DNA of 64,000 nucleotides from an uncultured Prevotella sp. (GTDB lineage: Bacteria > Bacteroidota > Bacteroidia > Bacteroidales > Bacteroidaceae): the NCBI GenBank assembly GCA_900315035.1, contig OMXO01000004.1, positions 6,129 to 70,128 of the forward strand, written 5' to 3'. Position 1 is the stretch's first letter, and each line of letters begins with the position of its first letter. The position numbers were made by a program, and so were the translations under genes. The notes beneath the pieces are model-generated. The model did not search any database, was not told the origin of the DNA, and worked only from the letters and a program-made list of their open reading frames with translations. Shown here piece after piece: positions 1 to 8,683 of this stretch.

Positions 1-614
1 GCGGCCTTTACTACCTGGTCGATCGTCATCGTGTATGGCTGGTTACAGGGCAGGAAAGCGATGTCGATATCCTTCAGGTCGGCCATCTCGGGAATATCCT
101 CCGTATCACCAGCGATATAGATACGCAGACCGTCGAGGGTCAGGATGTAGCCGTTGTCGCGACCTTTGGGGTGGAACTGCTCGCGTCCAGTTGTGGTGTT
201 ATAGGCAGGCACAGCCTCGATGGTGATATCTTCGGCATATTGCACCTTGTCGCCATTCTTCATCACGAGTCCGTTCTTGAAATGTCCGAAGACTGCCTGA
301 TTGACGTAGATCGAGGTCGCTGGCGTGCGCAGCGCATGGATGGCTTCACGGTCGAAGTGGTCTTTGTGCTCGTGGGTGATAAGGATGATGTTGGCCTTAG
401 GGAAGGTGGCATAATCGGTCTCTGGTTTCAGCCACATACCAACGGGATCGACCTGAATCTCTACACCGTTATAGTTGATTTGCATACTGGCGTGCTTAAT
501 GCACGTGATCTTCACTTTCTTGCCACTCTTCGTGGTAAACTCATCTGTCTTCTGAGCGGCAAAGCACCCAACAGTCAGCAGACTGGCGAGTGCCATCACA
601 AGTAATTTTCTCAT
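1..614 (-). CDS. MBL-fold metal-dependent hydrolase with lipoprotein-type signal peptide (5' part only; 3' end is off-window)
   Basis: Absent from the ORF track because it runs off the window. My own reverse-complement translation from the ATG at 614-612 gives MRKLLVMALASLLTVGCFAAQKTDEFTTKSGKKVKITCIKHASMQ... It contains an HxHxDH zinc motif (ILITHEHKDHFD, about nt 345-385). The + strand ORFs 35-226 and 171-605 are antisense shadows. Confidence 0.75.
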   Translation of the reverse strand, partial: MRKLLVMALASLLTVGCFAAQKTDEFTTKSGKKVKITCIKHASMQINYNGVEIQVDPVGMWLKPETDYATFPKANIILITHEHKDHFDREAIHALRTPATSIYVNQAVFGHFKNGLVMKNGDKVQYAEDITIEAVPAYNTTTGREQFHPKGRDNGYILTLDGLRIYIAGDTEDIPEMADLKDIDIAFLPCNQPYTMTIDQVVKA

Positions 615-624
615 ATTGGTAGGT

Positions 625-2376
625 TTATTCAATGGGTAATCTCACAATAAATCGGGCACCTTTCTGATAGGTGGTATCGAGTTTGACGCTGCCACCAAGT
701 TTATCAGCCAACGTGCGGCAGAGCGGCAGGCCCAGACCAATGCCTTCCTTGAACGTGTCGAGTTTGACGAAGCGCTCGAAGATATGCTCTGCCTCTGCAG
801 CAGGGATACCACAACCCGTATCCTCGACAGCGAGGGTTAACATTTGCTCATCGTCTATGTCAGCCTTGATGACGATCTGGCCGTTAGTGGTATTCTTGAT
901 GGCATTGTCGAGCAGGGCATTGAGAATGCTCTTCAACAGACTCTCGTTGGTCAGAATCTTGAAATCGTCGGATAGGGTGGTCTGGAAATCCAGACGCGTA
1001 TCTTTATTGACGTTGCCCTGATTCTCCTGCAACAGGTCGCGCATCAGGTCGTTTATTTCCACATGATCGTTCTTGTTGACACTCTCCTGTGCTTCGTTCA
1101 TGGCTAAGGCGAGCATCTCGTCGATGAGTGATGTAATCTGACGGGTGTTCTTCTGCATCATGGCTGCTATATCCTTGCGCTCCTCAATACTATTGACAAG
1201 TTCGGGTTCGGCAATGACTTGTGCAAAGCCGCTGATAATGTTGAGTGGGGTGCGCACCTCGTGGCTGATGTTCTGGATGAAGGCAGTCTTGATCTTGTCG
1301 GACTCCAGCGCATGATTGTAGGCGCGTTTCAGTTGCTTCATGTGGCGACGACGCGACATGACGGTGTAGAACAGCAGGGCAACGAGAAGAGCGAGCAGAA
1401 TGGTGACGACTGTCAGCAGTATCATCTTGTTCTTGCTGGCTTTGCGCTCTACGTCGTAGAGTCTCAGTTCGTCGCGAATACGCATCATGCTGTTGGTGAG
1501 CACCACATTGTCGATGGAGTCGCTGGCAGCCGCCTCTTGTTTCTGGGCCTCGTAAGCCTCTTTCCATTTGCCGGCATTGGCATAGATTAGTGCGATAGCC
1601 TCTCCACCCTCATCGCCCAGTTCTTCACGGGCTTTCTTGACAGCCTCGTCGATACGGCCCTGATAGGCTAGGTTAAAGACATCCATACTGCGTCCGTGAA
1701 CAGACGTGAGCCCTTTGGCCACCCCTTCCTGGTAAGCCTTGTATCCCTGCGCGAATTTCTCCATATCGCCTCGGTAGTAATAACTCAGCGACTGACGCGT
1801 CTCGATGTCGAACACGCGCTCTGGCGCATGTTTTAGAGCAATGCCCTTGGCAATCTCCAGCAGACTGTCGGCTTCCTCTGGACTATCGTCGAGTTCCACA
1901 TTGACAATGTTCATATAGATCGGAGGCATATTAGCGTAATAACCTTCCTTCTCCATCATCTGAATCACCTCGAACCAGTTTTTCTTGGCTTCCTCTTTGT
2001 TGCCGCAGTAACGGTTAATATGGCCCAGCATGTTCACCGCCATATACATCTCCTTATCTACTTTCTTCTCGCGCAACTCCTTTGAGAGATCGCTGGCGCG
2101 CTTGTAAGCCTCGACGATTTTCTGACGGTTCATCAGAAAGACAATCTCATTACACCGCTGGGTGTAGTAACTGTGCAAGTCGCCTTTCTCTAAAAGGTAA
2201 TCCTCAAAATTCTGAAGTGCAGGGAAGAATGCGGCGCTGTCGTTATTGTTGAAGGCATTATGCATCGCTTCTCGCAAGTTAAGATAGGTCTTATCTTGCG
2301 AATAGTCTTCTGCCCGAACTGGGAAAACAGTCAACAGCATAGCGACCGTCAAAAGGAGTCTCCTATATGCTTTCAT
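625..2376 (-). CDS. Sensor histidine kinase with a TPR-like periplasmic domain (no adjacent response regulator)
   Basis: 583-aa ORF with a signal peptide and a helical repeat region. One TM segment (ILLTVVTILLALLVALLFYTV). H-box FIQNISHEVRTPLN, N-box LLDNAIKNT, G-boxes EDTGCGIP and GIGLGLPL. Confidence 0.85.
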   Translation of the reverse strand: MKAYRRLLLTVAMLLTVFPVRAEDYSQDKTYLNLREAMHNAFNNNDSAAFFPALQNFEDYLLEKGDLHSYYTQRCNEIVFLMNRQKIVEAYKRASDLSKELREKKVDKEMYMAVNMLGHINRYCGNKEEAKKNWFEVIQMMEKEGYYANMPPIYMNIVNVELDDSPEEADSLLEIAKGIALKHAPERVFDIETRQSLSYYYRGDMEKFAQGYKAYQEGVAKGLTSVHGRSMDVFNLAYQGRIDEAVKKAREELGDEGGEAIALIYANAGKWKEAYEAQKQEAAASDSIDNVVLTNSMMRIRDELRLYDVERKASKNKMILLTVVTILLALLVALLFYTVMSRRRHMKQLKRAYNHALESDKIKTAFIQNISHEVRTPLNIISGFAQVIAEPELVNSIEERKDIAAMMQKNTRQITSLIDEMLALAMNEAQESVNKNDHVEINDLMRDLLQENQGNVNKDTRLDFQTTLSDDFKILTNESLLKSILNALLDNAIKNTTNGQIVIKADIDDEQMLTLAVEDTGCGIPAAEAEHIFERFVKLDTFKEGIGLGLPLCRTLADKLGGSVKLDTTYQKGARFIVRLPIE

Positions 2377-2402
2377 CTTAGGTTCCGATGGTTATTTCTC
2401 GG

Positions 2403-2410
2403 CAAAAATA
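2403..2410 (-). promoter_or_regulatory. Bacteroidota sigma-A -7 box (TAnnTTTG)
   Basis: Minus-strand TAttTTTG, 26 nt upstream of the histidine kinase ATG. Confidence 0.4.
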
Positions 2411-2486
2411 CAAAATAAATATAGAAAATAAAAATTTTTTCCCATTTATTTTGTGATTTGACAATTAAATTGTAATTTCGCACATC

Positions 2487-3176
2487 ATGGAGATACAACC
2501 GATAGCATATTTCCACTCGCCTTTGAAGTCTAAATTCGGGATTCCAAGACAGAGTGGACTCGCCAGTGAACTGACGGGGCGGATTGTTTTTGAACCACCT
2601 TACAGGCACGAAGATGCCGTGCGCGGGATGGAGGATTTTGAGTATCTGTGGCTCATCTGGGAGTTCTCGGAGGCCAAGGGCGGCAGTGCCGACGGCAAGA
2701 GTCTTACCGTGCGTCCGCCACGCTTAGGCGGGAACCGTCGCATGGGGGTATTCGCTACGCGATCGCCTTTCCGTCCGAATCGTCTCGGACTCTCGTGCGT
2801 GCGTCTGAGCCGTATCATTAAAGACCCCCATCTGGGACCAGTTATCGAGGTGCTTGGGGCCGACCTGATGGACGGTACTCCCATCTACGATGTGAAGCCG
2901 TATGTCGTGTATGCTGATGCTCATCCTGAGGCTAAGAGCGGATTTGTGGATCAGACGACATGGGAACCGCTTGAGGTGGAACTGCCAGAGCCGTTAGCCC
3001 AACTGTTGCCTGACGAAGCACTTCCTGCCTTGAAGGCGGTACTGGCACAAGATCCACGACCACGATACCAGAACGATCCTGAGCGCATCTACGGGATGCC
3101 GTTCATGGACTATGACGTGCGTTTCTGCGTCAAGGGAAAAACACTAACCGTAGTTGATATCATCGCGGTTCCTTAG
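2487..3176 (+). CDS. trmO: tRNA (N6-threonylcarbamoyladenosine(37)-N6)-methyltransferase TrmO (TsaA/YaeB family)
   Basis: 229 aa. TsaA-like motifs PIAYFHSPLKSKFGIPRQSG, RSPFRPNRLG and DGTPIYDVKPYV. Confidence 0.75.
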   Translation: MEIQPIAYFHSPLKSKFGIPRQSGLASELTGRIVFEPPYRHEDAVRGMEDFEYLWLIWEFSEAKGGSADGKSLTVRPPRLGGNRRMGVFATRSPFRPNRLGLSCVRLSRIIKDPHLGPVIEVLGADLMDGTPIYDVKPYVVYADAHPEAKSGFVDQTTWEPLEVELPEPLAQLLPDEALPALKAVLAQDPRPRYQNDPERIYGMPFMDYDVRFCVKGKTLTVVDIIAVP

Positions 3177-4522
3177 TCTTCTTCGTCGAGTCTGTCGCGC
3201 CAGAGGTATTTGCGCGTTTCGTGAACGATGATGCCACTCAGGAATAGTAGTGATATCAGGTTGGGTATCGTCATCAGGGCGTTCATGCAGTCGGCCAGAT
3301 TCCATACCATTGCCAGATTCATGATACTACCAAAGAACAGGGCAATGATGAAAAGTACGCGATAGCCTTTTACCCACGATTTCCCCTTCAGGTATTCCAC
3401 CGCCCGTTCGCCGTAGTAACACCAGCCGAGAATCGTAGAGAAAGCGAAGGTGAGCAGACCGAAAGTCAGCAAGGGGCGCCCTACGACGGGAATCTTGGCG
3501 AAAGCATCCTTCGTCAGTGTGGCACCATCCGAGAAATCGATATCAGGATAAGCCAGCACGCTGCTCACAATCACCAGTCCTGTAAGCGCACAGATGACGA
3601 CAGTATCCCAAAAGGTGCCACTTGAAGATACAAGAGCCTGACGAACAGGGTTACGGGTCTGTGCCGCTGCAGCCACAATGGGGGCAGAGCCCATACCGCT
3701 CTCATTTGAGAAGAGTCCTCGGGCGATGCCGAAACGGGCTGCCATCATCACAGTGGAACCCACGAATCCGCCGCCTGCTGCCTCTGGGGAGAAGGCGGCA
3801 TGACAGATGAGTTGCAGCGCAGGCCAGATGTATGCTGCGTTGACAATGAGGATATAGATACAGCCAACGACATAGAAGACTGCCATCAAAGGTACCAGCA
3901 TGCTACACACACGAGATATCGTCTTGACGCCACCAAGCACGACAGCACACGTGAGCAGGCAGACGAAAGCGCCAGTGATATAGGGTGAGATGCCATACGA
4001 CTCATAGGCTACGGTAGCAATGGCGTTAGCCTGAACCGTATTACCGATGCCGAATGCTGCGAGCGCCGTGAAGAGTGCGAAGAGGATGGCGAGCCATTTC
4101 CAGCCGAGACCACGTTCCAAAGCATACATCGGGCCTCCGAGCATCTTGCCGTCGGCAGTCTGCACGCGGTACTTGATAGCCAGCAGACCTTCTGCATATT
4201 TCGTGGAGATACCAAACACACCAGTGAGCCAACACCAGAGGACGGCACCAGGACCGCCGAGGGCAATGGCTGTGGCTACACCGATAATATTGCCTGTGCC
4301 GATAGTGGCTGCCAATGCTGTCGCTAAGGAGCCGAATTGTGATACGTCGCCTGTGGCATCGGGATCCTTCTGTACTGACAGTCGGATGGCTTTCAGGATA
4401 TGCCTTTGAGGAAACCTCAGACGGATGGTCAGAAACAGGTGGGTTCCTAATAGCAGGATGATCATCGGCCATCCCCACAGGAAACCACTTACCTCAGTTA
4501 GAATCTCGTTGAATGTATTCAT
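3173..4522 (-). CDS. Alanine/glycine:cation symporter (AGCS family)
   Basis: 449-aa polytopic membrane protein. AGCS-like segments GTGNIIGVATAIALGGPGAVLWCW and SNESGMGSAPI. Its stop overlaps the trmO stop (convergent). Confidence 0.85.
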   Translation of the reverse strand: MNTFNEILTEVSGFLWGWPMIILLLGTHLFLTIRLRFPQRHILKAIRLSVQKDPDATGDVSQFGSLATALAATIGTGNIIGVATAIALGGPGAVLWCWLTGVFGISTKYAEGLLAIKYRVQTADGKMLGGPMYALERGLGWKWLAILFALFTALAAFGIGNTVQANAIATVAYESYGISPYITGAFVCLLTCAVVLGGVKTISRVCSMLVPLMAVFYVVGCIYILIVNAAYIWPALQLICHAAFSPEAAGGGFVGSTVMMAARFGIARGLFSNESGMGSAPIVAAAAQTRNPVRQALVSSSGTFWDTVVICALTGLVIVSSVLAYPDIDFSDGATLTKDAFAKIPVVGRPLLTFGLLTFAFSTILGWCYYGERAVEYLKGKSWVKGYRVLFIIALFFGSIMNLAMVWNLADCMNALMTIPNLISLLFLSGIIVHETRKYLWRDRLDEED

Positions 4523-4535
4523 TTATGTTCTTGGT

Positions 4536-5117
4536 TCAATGTTCAAAAATGATGTTTACGTGAGCGAACCCCATAGCTTGCATCATACGCTCAAACTGCT
4601 CGCGTCCATTGGCTTCTGCAGCCTGAAGGTTTTCTTTCGTCAGGCAGTGGCGCATCATCTGGCGGTGGGCTTTACGATACATGGCCTCACGATCGGAGGT
4701 GCTCCACTTGCCACTTTCATAAAACGACTTCGTACGGGCCTCGTCGATAAAATCTTTATCGAGCAGTCCTATCTTGGGTAAAGTTACTGTTACGGAATCG
4801 CCTGTTGTCTTGATCCATCCCGGACGCGCCTGATGCATGTTCACGCCTAGTCTGAGAGTACCGTAGTAGATGCGGGCCAACTCATCGTTGGAGAATATGC
4901 CCTTGCGCAAGGTGTCAACCAGTTCCTCGGCACTGATAGAGAGAAATTCCCATTCACCGATGGCCTTGATGCTCGTAATCTGTGTAGGCGTGACGTCGAT
5001 TTCGTTATCTGTTCCGAAATCCAGATGATCGCCTTTTGTGGCAGATCTGATCCAGAGAAATACCAGCAAGAGTAATACGGCGATGACTGCTCCTATACCT
5101 ATTTTTAATTTATTCAT
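4536..5117 (-). CDS. Membrane-anchored protein, DUF4230-like (name from memory, unverified)
   Basis: 193 aa with an N-terminal TM anchor (IGIGAVIAVLLLLVFLWI). Same architecture as the upstream paralog. 13 nt upstream of the AGCS symporter start, so likely co-transcribed. Confidence 0.6.
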   Translation of the reverse strand: MNKLKIGIGAVIAVLLLLVFLWIRSATKGDHLDFGTDNEIDVTPTQITSIKAIGEWEFLSISAEELVDTLRKGIFSNDELARIYYGTLRLGVNMHQARPGWIKTTGDSVTVTLPKIGLLDKDFIDEARTKSFYESGKWSTSDREAMYRKAHRQMMRHCLTKENLQAAEANGREQFERMMQAMGFAHVNIIFEH

Positions 5118-5119
5118 GC

Positions 5120-5812
5120 TTAATCCTCCGTTTTCAGTAATTTCATCAGGTCTGCAGTATCGTAATGCTTACGGAAGGCAATGGTGATATCTGCTTCCTG
5201 ATAGCCCATCTCCTTCAGCATCGGAACCAGCACCTTAGCAGCATTGGCTTGTGCCGTCTCTATCATGCCGAGTTCTGGAATGCTGGCGATAATGGCTTCG
5301 CGCCCTTGCTGTTGATAAGAGGCAAGTTCTGCATCAGTGAAGTGGGATCGCGTCAGCCCGATATACTCCTTGACGTTTTTCTGGTCAATCTTAGAACTGG
5401 TCATCGTCACCTTAGGGTCGGGAAGGATGATGGTTATCTTCTCGCCATGGCGCTCGATATTGCTTTCCGAAAATTCGCTGAAGTCGATGTAAGCCTTCAG
5501 TTTCGCATCCATCGGAATGGCAATCTTGCGATCGCCCAATGGCATCTTGATGTTGAAGGAATGTTTTAGAAGAGATCCTTTCAGGCGCACCACATCATCG
5601 TGGGTCAGGATCTTATGCACACGATACTCAGCGGTATAGAGTCTGGCACAGCGCTGTACCTGCGTGATCAGCATAGGTATGGTGTCGAGACCCTGAGCCG
5701 TTGTCGGGGTACTCGCATCTTCGTGCTCCACCTGGCTGTTGCACATCAGAAGACTGATGGCCAGAAGGATGAAAAGGGCGATGCCAATGATGAATAACTT
5801 GAAATTCTTCAT
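5120..5812 (-). CDS. Membrane-anchored protein, DUF4230-like paralog
   Basis: 230 aa with an N-terminal TM anchor (LFIIGIALFILLAISLLM). Collinear similarity to 4536-5117 (GEKITIILPDPKV vs GDSVTVTLPKIGL; C-terminal ...EMGY vs ...AMGF). Confidence 0.6.
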   Translation of the reverse strand: MKNFKLFIIGIALFILLAISLLMCNSQVEHEDASTPTTAQGLDTIPMLITQVQRCARLYTAEYRVHKILTHDDVVRLKGSLLKHSFNIKMPLGDRKIAIPMDAKLKAYIDFSEFSESNIERHGEKITIILPDPKVTMTSSKIDQKNVKEYIGLTRSHFTDAELASYQQQGREAIIASIPELGMIETAQANAAKVLVPMLKEMGYQEADITIAFRKHYDTADLMKLLKTED

Positions 5813-5854
5813 TCGTGTAAAAAACTAACTTCCCGTTTGCTGATAATTTGTCGG

Positions 5855-5862
5855 CAAAGATA
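5855..5862 (-). promoter_or_regulatory. -7 box TAnnTTTG
   Basis: Minus-strand TAtcTTTG, 42 nt upstream of the ATG at 5812 (DUF4230 pair plus AGCS operon). Confidence 0.45.
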
Positions 5863-5910
5863 GTAAAAAAAAGCCAATTCGCTGAAAGTTCATAAGAATT
5901 TTTGTCTATT

Positions 5911-5942
5911 GGTTAAACTTTTATGCCTTAATTCCGTCAAAT
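5911..5942 (+). promoter_or_regulatory. ECF/RpoE-type promoter candidate (GGTTAAACTT-N16-spaced-CGTCAAAT)
   Basis: The sequence is GGTTAAACTTTTATGCCTTAATTCCGTCAAAT, lying 62 nt upstream of the LTXXQ protein ATG. It is almost identical in layout to 47081-47112. AAACTT-N16-TCAAA resembles the E. coli sigma-E consensus GGAACTT-N16-TCAAA. Confidence 0.5.
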
Positions 5943-6003
5943 AGACAGTTGCAACTGAGATAAAGTAACATGAAGTCTAACATTTTTAAATAACAGGAAA
6001 GAT

Positions 6004-6489
6004 ATGAAAAAGATGGTAATAGCAATGATTGCTGCCGTGATGATGAGCTCGGCCGCTTTCGCACAGGATAATCAGGAAAAGAAGTGTTGTGAATGTAAGC
6101 GCCCTGACAAGACAGAGATGATCAAGCATCGTACGGATCGTGTTGTCGAGAAGTACAAGCTCGATGATAAGCAGGCCGCTCAACTGTTGGAACTCAACAC
6201 CAAGTATGCTGATAAGATAGGTGGACCTCGTGGTCGTCATGGTCATCATGGTCGTCATCATGGTATGAAACCAGGTGAGAAGCCGGATGCCAATACGGGT
6301 GCTACACCTCAGCGAGAGAAGAACCGCGAGGAGTTTGAGAAGATGCGTAAGGAGCGCGAGGCCAACCGCAAGGCTTATGACGCAGAGTTGCAGAAAATCA
6401 TGAATGCCGATCAGTATAAAGCGTATCAGGATGACATGAAAAAGCACGGTGGGCGCGGTCCCCGTCATCACCATAAGGACAAGAAATAG
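6004..6489 (+). CDS. Periplasmic LTXXQ-motif (Spy/CpxP-like, DUF4890-like) protein, His/Lys/Arg-rich
   Basis: 161 aa with signal peptide MKKMVIAMIAAVMMSSAAFAQ. LTXXQ-like motifs (LDDKQAAQL, MNADQYKAY). His-rich stretches GRHGHHGRHHG and PRHHHKDKK. Followed by an intrinsic terminator. Confidence 0.7.
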   Translation: MKKMVIAMIAAVMMSSAAFAQDNQEKKCCECKRPDKTEMIKHRTDRVVEKYKLDDKQAAQLLELNTKYADKIGGPRGRHGHHGRHHGMKPGEKPDANTGATPQREKNREEFEKMRKEREANRKAYDAELQKIMNADQYKAYQDDMKKHGGRGPRHHHKDKK

Positions 6490-6526
6490 TTAATAAATAG
6501 TTAGTATAGATAATGGAAAGTTGCTG

Positions 6527-6556
6527 GCCCGTTTCTTTGGAGACGGGCTTTTTTTT
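6527..6556 (+). terminator. Intrinsic terminator of the LTXXQ protein gene
   Basis: GCCCGTTTC-TTTG-GAGACGGGC forms a 9-bp stem with one G-U pair, followed by T8. Confidence 0.7.
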
Positions 6557-6588
6557 GAGTTTTTTTCTTCTAAATAGAAATAAATGCT

Positions 6589-6596
6589 TACCTTTG
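6589..6596 (+). promoter_or_regulatory. -7 box TAnnTTTG
   Basis: TAccTTTG, 21 nt upstream of the ATG at 6618. Confidence 0.45.
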
Positions 6597-6617
6597 CACT
6601 CAAATCGAATAAGACAA

Positions 6618-7187
6618 ATGAAAAGAATTCAGTTTTTGGCCGTCATCATGATGGCATTACTTGTCGCAAGTTGTGGTAAGAAAAAACAGACAGAAGATAT
6701 CATCGTGAAACCTGTGGAGACGCCTGCGCCACAAGGTCCGGTATCCATGCAACCTTATAATCAGGTCACTGATGTGAAGTGGTTGGATAGGGATTATCAA
6801 GTGGCTATTAATAGGGTGGCTAATGATACTCTTCCGATGGTGACGGATGAGAACGGGCAGAAATTTGTCGATAACACGATCACGGTGCGTGTGCTTCGTT
6901 CCGACGGTAGTGTGTTCTTCAGTCGTTCTTTCACCAAGACCAGTTTTAATGAACAACTCGATGATGATTATCGCCATACGGGTATTCTCGAGGGAATAGT
7001 TTTCGATAAGGTTGACGGTAATCATCTCGTATTGGCAGGTAGTGTGAGTCATCCTCAGACTGATGAGTATATCCCGATTGTGATGACTATCAGCAATTTC
7101 GGTGATGTCTCTATCCGTCGCGACGATCAGATGGACACAACGGGAAACCTCCCCGCAGAGGAAGCAAGCAATGAGGATGGTGTCTAA
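6618..7187 (+). CDS. Lipoprotein of unknown function (DUF4738-like, unverified)
   Basis: The track ORF starts at 6513, but nt 6527-6556 is the terminator of the upstream gene and a -7 box sits at 6589-6596. The ATG at 6618 gives MKRIQFLAVIMMALLVASCGKKK (lipobox). Confidence 0.65.
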   Translation: MKRIQFLAVIMMALLVASCGKKKQTEDIIVKPVETPAPQGPVSMQPYNQVTDVKWLDRDYQVAINRVANDTLPMVTDENGQKFVDNTITVRVLRSDGSVFFSRSFTKTSFNEQLDDDYRHTGILEGIVFDKVDGNHLVLAGSVSHPQTDEYIPIVMTISNFGDVSIRRDDQMDTTGNLPAEEASNEDGV

Positions 7188-7220
7188 AAAGTAAGTTCAC
7201 CAGAAAAATGTTGGAAATAA

Positions 7221-7250
7221 AAAAGAGAGTCTCAGTAGGGACTCTCTTTT
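7221..7250. terminator. Bidirectional hairpin between convergent genes
   Basis: AAAAGAGAGTC-8 nt loop-GACTCTCTTTT. The A/T runs give a U-tail in both orientations. Confidence 0.6.
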
Positions 7251-7254
7251 GCTG

Positions 7255-8664
7255 TTATTGCATTTTGTAAACGACTTGCATGAGTTGCTTGCCCAGTTCG
7301 TCGGCCTTTTCCATTGTCTGCGCCTCACTATAAACGCGGATAATCGGTTCGGTATTCGACTTCCTCAGATGAACCCAGCGATCGGGGAAGTCAATCTTCA
7401 CACCGTCGATATCATTGACTTGTGCACTATTGTCTTGAGCGAACATCTCTTTCACCTTGACGAGGATGGCATCGACATCTGTCTCTGGTGTGAGATCGAT
7501 GCGGTTCTTGGCAATCTGATAGCTGGGGAAAGTGGCGCGAAGCTCACTGGCAGTGCATCCTTTCTGTGCGAGAGATGACAGGAACAGGGCGATACCTACG
7601 AGGGCGTCACGACCATAGTGGCTCTCTGGGTAGATTACTCCACCATTACCTTCGCCGCCAATCACGGCATTAACTTCCTTCATCTTCGTGGTGACATTGA
7701 CTTCGCCAACGGCTGCTGCAGTGTACTGTCCACCATGATTCTGAGTTACATCGCGGAGGGCACGGGTACTACTGAGGTTGGAAACAGTGTTTCCTGGTGT
7801 GTGGCTCAAGACGTAGTCGGCCACGCTGACGAGGGTGTATTCCTCACCAAACATCACACCGTCCTCGCAGATGAAAGCAAGACGATCAACGTCTGGATCT
7901 ACTACGATACCGAGGTCGAAACCGCCTTTCTTCATCTTATCCATAATGCCTTGGAGGTTCTTCTCCAGAGGCTCTGGGTTGTGAGCAAAGTCGCCTGTGC
8001 ACTCACCATTGAGGATCTCGAATTCAACACCAAGCTGCTTGAAGAACTCGGGAAGGATGATACCGCCAACAGAATTGATGGTATCAGCACATACACGGAA
8101 CTTACGTTTCCTGATAGCCTCAAGATCCACAAGCTTCAGCTGAAGCACAGAGTCGATATGGCGCTGATTATAACTTTCGTCAATGGTACAGGTTCCGAGT
8201 TTGTCAACTTCTGCATACTGGAAATCTTCTTTCTCTGCCATGCGGAGCACCTCGTTACCGTCTGCTGCAGTTAGGAACTCTCCCTCGCTGTTGAGAAGTT
8301 TCAGAGCGTTCCACTGGCGTGGATTATGTGAAGCTGTAATGATGATGCCGCCATCGGCACCAGCCATGCGTACTGCCAGTTCTGTTGTGGGGGTTGTTGC
8401 AAAACCGATATCAATGACGTCGTAGCCCATACCCATGAGGGTACCTACCACCACATTGCGGACCATTGGTCCTGAGATACGGCCGTCACGACCAACAACA
8501 ATCAGTGGCTTCTTGTCACTGATATCGCCTTTCTGATGTTTCTGGTTCCCAATGAACTTGGCATACGCCGTTGTGAATTTCACAATGTCAAGGGGATTCA
8601 GCGTGTCGCCGGTAGGTCCACCAATAGTTCCGCGGATACCGGAGATTGATTTAATGAGTGTCAT
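7255..8664 (-). CDS. glmM: Phosphoglucosamine mutase (alpha-D-phosphohexomutase family)
   Basis: 469 aa. N-terminus MTLIKSISGIRGTIGG, phosphoserine loop TASHNP, metal loop VVDPDVDR. Confidence 0.85.
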   Translation of the reverse strand: MTLIKSISGIRGTIGGPTGDTLNPLDIVKFTTAYAKFIGNQKHQKGDISDKKPLIVVGRDGRISGPMVRNVVVGTLMGMGYDVIDIGFATTPTTELAVRMAGADGGIIITASHNPRQWNALKLLNSEGEFLTAADGNEVLRMAEKEDFQYAEVDKLGTCTIDESYNQRHIDSVLQLKLVDLEAIRKRKFRVCADTINSVGGIILPEFFKQLGVEFEILNGECTGDFAHNPEPLEKNLQGIMDKMKKGGFDLGIVVDPDVDRLAFICEDGVMFGEEYTLVSVADYVLSHTPGNTVSNLSSTRALRDVTQNHGGQYTAAAVGEVNVTTKMKEVNAVIGGEGNGGVIYPESHYGRDALVGIALFLSSLAQKGCTASELRATFPSYQIAKNRIDLTPETDVDAILVKVKEMFAQDNSAQVNDIDGVKIDFPDRWVHLRKSNTEPIIRVYSEAQTMEKADELGKQLMQVVYKMQ

Positions 8665-8683
8665 GTGAAAAATATAAAAATCG

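Noticed and set aside
171-605. 144-aa + strand ORF at the window start.
   Set aside because: The opposite strand encodes an MBL-fold hydrolase with a signal peptide and an HxHxDH motif. The + ORF has no recognisable features.
5986-6474. 162-aa minus-strand ORF opposite the LTXXQ gene. Similar cases are 29676-30491 (-), 47307-48218 (-), 38352-38843 (-) and 55911-56537 (-).
   Set aside because: All are antisense to genes with clear signal peptides or catalytic motifs, and none has a recognisable domain.
6513-6617. N-terminal extension of the 6513-7187 ORF.
   Set aside because: The extension contains the intrinsic terminator of the upstream gene (6527-6556) and the -7 box (6589-6596). The ATG at 6618 gives a clean lipoprotein signal.
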